Assembly (NCBI GenBank): GCA_052389995.1
Contig: JBQTHJ010000040.1
Span: 9,491-73,490 of the forward strand
Source: Gemmatimonadaceae bacterium
GTDB taxonomy: Bacteria > Gemmatimonadota > Gemmatimonadetes > Gemmatimonadales > Gemmatimonadaceae
Length of the DNA stretch: 64,000 bases
Direction of reading: 5' to 3'
Position numbers and translations under genes: made by a program. The notes beneath the pieces are model-generated. The model saw only the letters and a program-made list of their open reading frames with translations. It made no database searches and was not told the origin of the DNA. Every line of letters begins with the position of its first letter. Position 1 is the first letter of the stretch. Below, piece after piece: positions 28,114 through 35,210 of this stretch.

Positions 28114-29112
28114 ATGCGCATTTCGGGGTTCGTACTCGTCGCGGCAGCCATTGCCGTCATGGATCTTTCTGCGCAAACGGCTGCGGCCACGTGTCCGGTG
28201 GCGAAGCGCACGTTCACCGAGCCTGCGCCGGTGTCGCTGTTCACATACGGCCGCACCGCGGCGCTCGAGCTCGAAGATTCGCTCGCGTTCAACGAGTTCG
28301 GCGTCGACGTCTACCGGGTGAGCTTCGCGAGCCCACATGGCGGTCGGGCGACCGCACTGCTTCACGTGCCACACGATTCCCTGCGCAACGGCAACGGGAA
28401 GTTTCCGGGCGTGGTGATGCTACACGGCGCGCCTGGTGATGCATGGGGCATGGGCGGCATCGCGATGCCGGTTGCGCGTCACGGATCGATCGTGCTCGCG
28501 CTCGACGCGCCGTTCGCGCGCCGCGACAAGGACAATCCGCTGTCATTCACGCCCCGCGACAGCGTCGATCAGGTGCAGCTCCTCGTCGACCTCCAGCGCG
28601 CCGTCGACGTTCTCCTCGCTCGCTCGGACGTCGACCCCACACGACTCGGCTTCGTGGGTGTGAGCTACGGCGCCGCCATCGGCTCCGCCTTCGCGGGCGT
28701 CGAACGTCGCATCGCCGCCTATGCGCTTCTCGTGGGTGACGCCGGGCTCGCGGCGCACTTCACGCTCCCCGACGGAAGACGCATGACGCGTCTTCCGCAC
28801 CTCACCGAGGCGCAGTGGTGTCGATGGTTCGAGGCGATGGAGCCGCTGTCATCGGCGCGGTTCATTGGACGTGCGGCTCCGGCGCGCGTGCTTTTCCTCT
28901 GGGGGCGGCAGGATCGCCTCGTGCCGCCGTACCTCGCGGATGCGCTCTACCGCGCCTCCGGCAAGACGGCGGAAGCGCGGTGGTACGATGCCGGCCACGG
29001 TCTCACGCCGGGCGCGTACCTCGACATGATCGACTGGATGGCGACTCGGATCGGTCTCGCGCCCGTGTCGGCGGATGAGAGAGCGAGGCTCGTGTCGGCC
29101 GCGGGCCAGTAG
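28114..29112 (+). CDS. Secreted alpha/beta hydrolase (dienelactone hydrolase / S9-like)
   Basis: Signal peptide MRISGFVLVAAAIAVMDLSAQ. Nucleophile elbow GVSYGAA (GxSxG). C-terminal D and H candidates (GRQDRLV, DAGHGL). Confidence 0.8.
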   Translation: MRISGFVLVAAAIAVMDLSAQTAAATCPVAKRTFTEPAPVSLFTYGRTAALELEDSLAFNEFGVDVYRVSFASPHGGRATALLHVPHDSLRNGNGKFPGVVMLHGAPGDAWGMGGIAMPVARHGSIVLALDAPFARRDKDNPLSFTPRDSVDQVQLLVDLQRAVDVLLARSDVDPTRLGFVGVSYGAAIGSAFAGVERRIAAYALLVGDAGLAAHFTLPDGRRMTRLPHLTEAQWCRWFEAMEPLSSARFIGRAAPARVLFLWGRQDRLVPPYLADALYRASGKTAEARWYDAGHGLTPGAYLDMIDWMATRIGLAPVSADERARLVSAAGQ

Positions 29113-29215
29113 GCTTCCGTGGCCTCGGCGCACTGAAGGCCGCGGCCGCCTGAAAGCCTCGCCTCGACGTTCCGGCGCAACTAGCTTTGCGGTACCGCCG
29201 ACGAGGGAGGAGTTC

Positions 29216-29698
29216 ATGGAGAGCCGCGCCAAGCTGTTCGGGCATCCGATCCACCAGCAACTCATCGTGTTCCCGCTCGGTCTGCTGGTCACGTCGGTCG
29301 TGTTCGACGTCATCTACCTGATCACGCGCAACTCGCTGTGGACCGTCGTCGCGTTCTGGATGATCGTCGCGGGCGTCGCCGGCGGTCTCGCCGCAGCGCC
29401 GTTCGGTCTCTGGGATTGGATCGGCATCCCGAACGGTACCCGCGCGAAGCGCATCGGGCTTCTGCACGGCGTCGGTAACGTCATCGTCGTGCTGCTGTTC
29501 GCCGCGAGCCTCATGATTCGCAAGGATAACACGGCCGCCCCCGAAGGATTCGCGATTCTCCTCTCCGCGGTTGGCGTCCTCCTCGGCGCGGTGACCGGCT
29601 GGCTCGGCGGAGAGCTCGTCACTCGGCTCGGCATCGGCGTCGATTCCGGCGCGAGCGCAGACGCGCCCAGCTCGTTGGGCGAGCGGCCTGCGCGTTAG
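29216..29698 (+). CDS. DUF2231-like membrane protein
   Basis: The ATG at 29216 is preceded by GAGGGAGG. KLFGHPIHQQLIVFPLGLL and four TM helices are typical of DUF2231. Confidence 0.7.
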   Translation: MESRAKLFGHPIHQQLIVFPLGLLVTSVVFDVIYLITRNSLWTVVAFWMIVAGVAGGLAAAPFGLWDWIGIPNGTRAKRIGLLHGVGNVIVVLLFAASLMIRKDNTAAPEGFAILLSAVGVLLGAVTGWLGGELVTRLGIGVDSGASADAPSSLGERPAR

Positions 29699-29710
29699 GC
29701 TCTGCCCGGT

Positions 29711-29910
29711 CCGAGGTTCAACGTTCAAAGGGGGAATCGGATGCAGCGGAAACGCCGGTTGCTTCGTCTGCTCCTCGGGCCCCTCGCGCCAGAACGGTGA
29801 TTGTTGTTGACAATTTACGTTCACGCTCCCTGCGCGAAGCGCTTCGCAGTACGCGGAGGCAATCCGGCGTTCCCGCTGCATCCGATTCCCCTTTGAACGT
29901 TGAACCTCGG
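29711..29910. repeat. Full-length MITE-like element (200 bp) filling a convergent intergenic gap
   Basis: The terminal inverted repeats are near-perfect reverse complements: CCGAGGTTCAACGTTCAAAGGGGGAATCGGATGCAGCGGAAACGCCGG (29711..29758) and CCGGCGTTCCCGCTGCATCCGATTCCCCTTTGAACGTTGAACCTCGG (29864..29910). Confidence 0.75.
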
Positions 29911-29915
29911 ACGGG

Positions 29916-30239
29916 CTAGCCTTCGATCCTGTAAATCTCCCGGCGGCCGTAGTCGACGAGGTCGTGATAGCCCTTCATCAGTTCCTCGAACTGCTTCGTG
30001 GCCTCGGGCGTGATCCCCTTGCCCTGCATCATGTCGTCGAACGTTTGCATGTCGGGCACTTCGAACTCGCCCACGAGCATCCAGTATCGCTCGCCGCAGT
30101 AGTCGGTCATGACTCGGATTCTTCCGAAACCGAGCTCCTCGTTGATCTTCGACATGGCGAGAAACTTCTCGACCATCGGACGGACCTTCCCCGGCTTGCA
30201 GTACATGATCTCGCGGACGAGCAGCATGGCGTTCTCCAT
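29916..30239 (-). CDS. Hypothetical small cytoplasmic protein (107 aa)
   Basis: Balanced, protein-like composition (MENAMLLVREIMYCKPGKVRPMVEKF...). No motif I can name. Confidence 0.6.
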   Translation of the reverse strand: MENAMLLVREIMYCKPGKVRPMVEKFLAMSKINEELGFGRIRVMTDYCGERYWMLVGEFEVPDMQTFDDMMQGKGITPEATKQFEELMKGYHDLVDYGRREIYRIEG

Positions 30240-30455
30240 GAGTAGCGGTGCGGCCAGGGCTGCTGCGTCTTCCGTGCCGTTGGGGCGGACGCTTGCCGCC
30301 GCCGCCCACCGCGCGTAAGGTCAGGGCGAGCGCGAGGGACGCCTCCAGTCCGCGGAAAGGGCCGTGCCCACCCACTGTTGGCTCGACACGACACGATCTT
30401 CTTTCAGCCTGATTCGGGCGGACTCCAGGCGCTTCCGTGAAAGGAGGTCGTCATC

Positions 30456-31386
30456 ATGTCCGTCGGAGCGCTCTCCGCGCGCATCAACCTGGAGCAGTCC
30501 AGGAAGCAGGCGAAGGACCTCGTAAAAGCGTTCAAGGCGGGCGATGGTGAGGTCCTCGACCGCATTCGGTGGAGTCACCCGCGCTTTCGCGGGCTCACCG
30601 ACGCGCAAATCCGGAAACAAAGGTTCGTGCTGGCCGACGCGCAGCTCGTGGTCGCGCGCATGCACTACTTCGAGAGCTGGCCGAAGCTCGCGCGGCACAT
30701 CGAGTCCCTCGAGGCTGAGGACCCGCGCGTAATCCGCTTCGACGGCGCTCAATCTGACGGCCACGAGCACGCCGCCGCGGCTTGCAGGCGTGCAGATTCC
30801 GCTTCTGGATCTCCTGCTCGAGCGCGGTGCCGCCATCGACGGCGTGAGAGCGGGAGACAGCACGGTGAGGGCAGCGCTCGCGAACAACTGTCCCGAGGCG
30901 GCGGTAGCGCTCGTTGAGCGCGGGGCCAGAGTGCCAGACGTCATCGTCGCGGCAGGTGTGGGCCGGCTCGAGCTCGTCAGGCAGTTGGCTGGCAACGCCA
31001 CCAAGGAGCAGCTGGAGCACGCGTTGATCATGGCAGCGCGCTACGGCCGGCCCGACGTCGTCGAGCACCTCCTCGAGCGGAACGTCGACGTTGCCGCATC
31101 AGATGGGATGACCGCGCTACACTGGGCGGCCGGTGGTGGTCATCTCGAGATGGTAAAGCTGCTGATCCAGGGTGGCGCGCCACTCGAGGTGAAGAACGTG
31201 TACGGCGGAACAGCGTTGGACAGCACGCTCTGGTTTGCCTATAACGTTCGCCCCGAGGAGTTCACGCGGAACGATTATCCTGCGGTCATCGATTTTTTGA
31301 TCACTGCCGGAGCCCGTGCTGATCTCTATCCCGAGATGAGTACGTACATCAGCGAGGTGTACCGACGCGCGGGCAGATCGGCTTGA
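30456..31386 (+). pseudogene. Ankyrin-repeat protein, reading frame broken once (frameshift near 30733..30790)
   Basis: The ATG at 30456 follows GAAAGGAGG. The N-terminal module (LEQSRKQAKDLVKAFKAGD...LADAQLVVARMHYFESWPKLARHIE) runs in frame 0 and decays into Arg/Ala junk. Ankyrin repeats (LLDLLLERGAAID, TALHWAAGGGHLEMVKLLIQGGAPLE) continue in frame +1, which is open from 30733. Confidence 0.7.
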
Positions 31387-31572
31387 GCGCTCGTCGGACC
31401 GTTGACCCTCACGGCCGAGTTCACCGACCTCGGCGGCGGGCGTACGAAGATCGTGTCGACGTCGCTGTTCCACACCGCAGAGGAGCGTGACGGGATGCTC
31501 CAGTCGGGAATGGAGGAGGGGCTCAATCAGAGCTACGAGGCGCTCGATCGGCTACTGTCGACGCTGAGCTGA
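31387..31572 (+). pseudogene. C-terminal remnant of an SRPBCC/AHSA1-family gene (no start, about 60 codons)
   Basis: Directly after the ankyrin stop, in the same frame: LTLTAEFTDLGGGRTKIVSTSLFHTAEERDGMLQSGMEEGLNQSYEALDRLLSTLS*. This is the typical C-terminal third of Activator-of-Hsp90-ATPase-like SRPBCC proteins. The N-terminal two-thirds is absent. Confidence 0.55.
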
Positions 31573-31641
31573 CGACACGCCGGTGGAATCGAGGGGAGGC
31601 CACACATTCCGTGTCGGCCTCCCCTCGATTTCATTAGGCGT

Positions 31642-32385
31642 ATGAAAGTCGCGACCTGGAACGTCAACGGCATTCGTGCGCGGGCGACGCAGCTGCGCGA
31701 GTGGCTGGAGCGCGAGCAGCCGGACGTCCTGTGCCTCCAGGAGCTCAAGGCGGAGGCACCTCAAATCCCGGAGCAGTGCAAGTCGGCGGACTATCACGCC
31801 TACTGGCACTGTCTGAAGGCGTACTCAGGCGTCTCGCTGATGCTGCGCAAAGGCGTGTTCAGCGCGGAACCCAGCTACAGTCATCCGCCCTTCGACTATG
31901 AATCACGGATCGTGCAGGTGGAGCAGGGCGATCTGGTGTTGGCGTCCGTATACGTGCCGAATGGAGGGAAAGACTACCCGGCGAAGCTCAACTTTCTGTC
32001 GCGCATGATCGAGTGGATCCGACAGGTGCACGCCGATGGGCGCTCGTTGATTCTCTGCGGCGACATCAACATCGCGCGGACGGAGATGGACGTCCATCTG
32101 AAGGAGCGGAAGCCGAACGTGGTCGGGCAGTTGCCGGAGGAGCGCGCACTATTCCAGAGCATGCTCGACGCCGGCCTCGTCGATGTCGGGCGGACGCTCG
32201 ATCCCAATAACGAAGGTCTGTTCACGTGGTGGGCGCCATGGCGAAGCATGCGCCAGCGCAACATTGGGTGGCGCCTCGACTACGTGCTCGCTGCTACCAC
32301 AATTGCGGGGCAGGCGACGAGCTGTGTGGTGCAGACCGACGTCGGCACGAGCGATCACGCGCCGGTCGTGATGACGACCGCCTGA
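31642..32385 (+). CDS. xthA: Exodeoxyribonuclease III
   Basis: MKVATWNVNGIRAR...PDVLCLQELK, CGDINIA and SDHAPV match the EEP-fold AP endonuclease motifs. 247 aa. Confidence 0.92.
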   Translation: MKVATWNVNGIRARATQLREWLEREQPDVLCLQELKAEAPQIPEQCKSADYHAYWHCLKAYSGVSLMLRKGVFSAEPSYSHPPFDYESRIVQVEQGDLVLASVYVPNGGKDYPAKLNFLSRMIEWIRQVHADGRSLILCGDINIARTEMDVHLKERKPNVVGQLPEERALFQSMLDAGLVDVGRTLDPNNEGLFTWWAPWRSMRQRNIGWRLDYVLAATTIAGQATSCVVQTDVGTSDHAPVVMTTA

Positions 32386-32396
32386 GCAAGCTGCCG

Positions 32397-33782
32397 TCAG
32401 CGTTGACGAAAGCGCTCCGGCGTTGACGTGTCCATGGCGAGATCGAGCTCGAGCCGAGTGGCGCCGTCGTCCGCAACGGCGCCCAGCGTGAATGCGCCGT
32501 AACTGATCAGCTCGATCGTGGCCGTACCATTCGCATCGACGGCCTCGGAGATGACATCCGGCCGAAACGTAGGGTGCAGGTGGAACGTCACCGTGCCCTT
32601 TAAGGGATGCTCGGGATCCGTAGACCTGACCGACACCGTGACCGCGAACCAGTCCGGATCACCTGCTATCTCGCTCACTACCGGAGTCACGCGCCGTCGA
32701 TTTCGCTCCGGAACCCCACCGAACTGACCCTTGTGAGGATCCTCGGGACACGGGAGTGGCTCGATGACTGGCAACGCGGGCTCCGCGGTGTGAGCGGACG
32801 GGGGTGCGTCCCTGACTTTCCGCGCGGGCTGCGTCGCTTCGGCCGTGGCAGTCGCGAACTCCTCCTCTGGCACGTTCCGTCCCGAGCGTCGCAGCAGCTC
32901 GTTCATGAGTAGTCGAAGCCGTTCGTGCTTGTTCGTCTTATCGTAGAAGATCGCCTCGATCCCGAATTTCGTTCGGAGGCGACGGCGGTCGACCTCACGC
33001 TCCTCGCCGGCATGCATGCCGATGAACGCGAAGTGCCGCGGTGACTGAAAGCCTAACGCGCCGGTCACCTGCCGCAGAATCGCCATCAAGTCGGGATCGG
33101 AGAGCGAGAATCCGAAGATCACGATGCGCTGCATCGCGAAAATGGCGAAGAGCTTTCGAACCGCGGCGTCGGAGCGAAGATACCGCTTCGCATAGTCGCG
33201 GTCGGTGAGCACGATCGAGGGCGGATCACTGATGCATCCGTGCAGGTAGATCAGATACCGCTCCGGCTCGTGCTCGAGAAAGCTGAACATCAACCGGAGC
33301 ACCGCCTCGTCGTCGGCCCAGTTCACGCACTTGGGTGCTGGAAGACCCAGGCGGTGGTGCGTTATCTCGAGCGCCTCGTCGTAGTTGGTGGTCAGGATGT
33401 GGCGGAATGGGAGCCGGACGAGCGCATCGAGAACGGGATCTGTTCCCGGAGCCGCGCCGAATGCCTCGGTGAGCATCGCGAAGTATTCCGTTTCGCCCAG
33501 GCGGTCACGGTATTCCTCTCCCCGCCAGAGAACGTCGTCGAACCGCTTGAGATTGGACGGCAGATGCTGCGTCGTGCCTTTGTGTGTCGAGTCGACCTTC
33601 TCGCGTACGCGTGACAAGCGCTGTTCCATCGCTTCCAGCAGGCTATCCCAGCCCGGATAGCCGACGCGGGCACTGAACCCGGCGCCGACGAGCGCCACGG
33701 CCTTTCCGCCGGCGACGCAGGTTGCGAGATGGCTGAACGCCTCGACGTCGCGCTCGTTGACGAGCAGGTCGGCAAGAACCAT
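32397..33782 (-). CDS. SIR2-like (SIR2_2 family) NADase-type domain fused to a C-terminal pYEATS-like domain
   Basis: The ATG at 33782 overlaps the upstream stop (TGATG). VALVGAGFS, ILTTNYDEALE and YLHGCISDP are SIR2_2 hallmarks, followed by FGFSLSDPDL. The last roughly 115 aa (DPHKGQFGG...VTFHLHPTF...GAFTLGAV...RLELDL) match my memory of the prokaryotic YEATS domain. Confidence 0.85.
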   Translation of the reverse strand: MVLADLLVNERDVEAFSHLATCVAGGKAVALVGAGFSARVGYPGWDSLLEAMEQRLSRVREKVDSTHKGTTQHLPSNLKRFDDVLWRGEEYRDRLGETEYFAMLTEAFGAAPGTDPVLDALVRLPFRHILTTNYDEALEITHHRLGLPAPKCVNWADDEAVLRLMFSFLEHEPERYLIYLHGCISDPPSIVLTDRDYAKRYLRSDAAVRKLFAIFAMQRIVIFGFSLSDPDLMAILRQVTGALGFQSPRHFAFIGMHAGEEREVDRRRLRTKFGIEAIFYDKTNKHERLRLLMNELLRRSGRNVPEEEFATATAEATQPARKVRDAPPSAHTAEPALPVIEPLPCPEDPHKGQFGGVPERNRRRVTPVVSEIAGDPDWFAVTVSVRSTDPEHPLKGTVTFHLHPTFRPDVISEAVDANGTATIELISYGAFTLGAVADDGATRLELDLAMDTSTPERFRQR

Positions 33783-34900
33783 CAGCGGAGCGCCTCGCAC
33801 AGCCGGTCCATCGCCCCCATCACTCGCCGCGTCAGGCTCGGAGTGCGGCGGGGCCCGGCCACAGGGGCCACGTTGGGCGGGAGCCCGAACTCGTCGGACC
33901 GGATCGCATCGAACACGAGTCCCACGTGGACGTAACGTGTGTCGTCCAGGAAGCCGAGGTTGTAGTAATCCATGCCCTGGTAATAGCGAACGAACAGTCC
34001 CCAACCGCCGAGGCGCTGCAATGTCTGCGAGAGATCGGCGGTGAAGGTCCACGGTGAGAGGTGTGGAGCTACCGTACGGAGGTACTCCACCTGCCCGCCG
34101 ACCGACATGCGGCCGTTGAGCCAACTCGTGCGAAACGATCTCCAGGAAGCATCCGCCCCGGAGAAGATGCGCATCGTCGGGTACAGGGCCTTCTGTTCGT
34201 TGGGGATCGTTCCGGGGCCGAACGGCTGCGGATTGCCCTCGACACCTAACGTGAACGTGCACATCTGATTGGCGCGGAGCTGCTGGTCCGGGTCGAGGTC
34301 GTCGAGGCGCATGTGGCGATACGAGGTCCAGACGCGGAAGTAGTTCGTCGAGAAGGTGCCATTGATCTTGTTCGTGGTGCGACGCGTCCCCGGCGGCAGC
34401 ACGCCGTCCGAGCAATTCCCCTCGGCGTCCATCGTTTGATCTGTGTAGAGACACCCCTCCTGACCGTTCGAATGGTGCCCCCACGGAATGACGTTCAGCG
34501 CCGCGACGCGAATGGGGCTATCGAGCCGGAGCGAGGGGTCGACCAGGCTCGCCCAGAAAAGCTGGAGGTTGAACTTCGGCATGAACGACGGTGTCCGCAC
34601 CGGATTCGACCGGGTGCTGAACATCCGCAGCCTGACCATCGGCGTGAACGAGAATGACCACGACCGCGCGGCGAAGTCCGGCCCCTCGTAGATCTCGCCC
34701 GCATTCTGATACAGCCCCTGCCGGAAGAAAAGATGCGGCGCGAGATGGGCCTCGAAGAGCAAGTCGTCGGAGGGGAAGCGATGGAAGATGTAGGAGCGCT
34801 CGAGGAAAACCGGCGAATTGCGGTTGTCGACATCCTGCGCGGCGGCGATGGCGGCCGAGGCGAGCGCGGCGGCGAGTGCGATGGGGAAGCGCAGCATCAT
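33782..34900 (-). CDS. Secreted outer-membrane phospholipase A1 (OMPLA/PldA)-like beta-barrel protein
   Basis: ATGATG at 34900 with GGAGG upstream. Signal peptide MMLRFPIALAAALASAAIAAAQD. WGHHSNGQEG resembles the OMPLA H-x-S-N-G catalytic motif. A downstream STNYFRV Asn candidate is present. Alternating beta-strand pattern with an aromatic-rich C-terminus. Confidence 0.7.
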   Translation of the reverse strand: MMLRFPIALAAALASAAIAAAQDVDNRNSPVFLERSYIFHRFPSDDLLFEAHLAPHLFFRQGLYQNAGEIYEGPDFAARSWSFSFTPMVRLRMFSTRSNPVRTPSFMPKFNLQLFWASLVDPSLRLDSPIRVAALNVIPWGHHSNGQEGCLYTDQTMDAEGNCSDGVLPPGTRRTTNKINGTFSTNYFRVWTSYRHMRLDDLDPDQQLRANQMCTFTLGVEGNPQPFGPGTIPNEQKALYPTMRIFSGADASWRSFRTSWLNGRMSVGGQVEYLRTVAPHLSPWTFTADLSQTLQRLGGWGLFVRYYQGMDYYNLGFLDDTRYVHVGLVFDAIRSDEFGLPPNVAPVAGPRRTPSLTRRVMGAMDRLCEALR

Positions 34901-35205
34901 CCGCCTCCGGGGGTTACCGCCACCACGTTTGGGACGGGTGCAGCGGGACGAAATGCCCCGTAGATCGGATCGCTCTCGGAGTGCAACGAGAAGACGTAGA
35001 ACATCCGCCCTGCATACTGCGCCGCGACGAGCTGCAAGCGGTCGTTGATCTCCACGAACTGTTTCTGAGAAATCTTGCTGGCGCGAAGCGTCTGATTCGT
35101 CAGCGTCTCGAGCTTCTGCGCCGGAAAGCAGTCCGCGATCGCGATCAGGATGCTCGGCAGCGCCGGATCGTTGGTCGCGACGTCCCACGAGAGAAGTGCG
35201 CGCAT
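34897..35205 (-). CDS. Orphan 102-aa protein, no recognisable domain
   Basis: The ATG at 35205 lies 5 nt after the MBL stop, and its own stop overlaps the next start (ATGA). No TM or signal peptide. Sequence MRALLSWDVATNDPALPSILIAIADCFPAQKLETL... Confidence 0.6.
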   Translation of the reverse strand: MRALLSWDVATNDPALPSILIAIADCFPAQKLETLTNQTLRASKISQKQFVEINDRLQLVAAQYAGRMFYVFSLHSESDPIYGAFRPAAPVPNVVAVTPGGG

Positions 35206-35210
35206 GTCCG

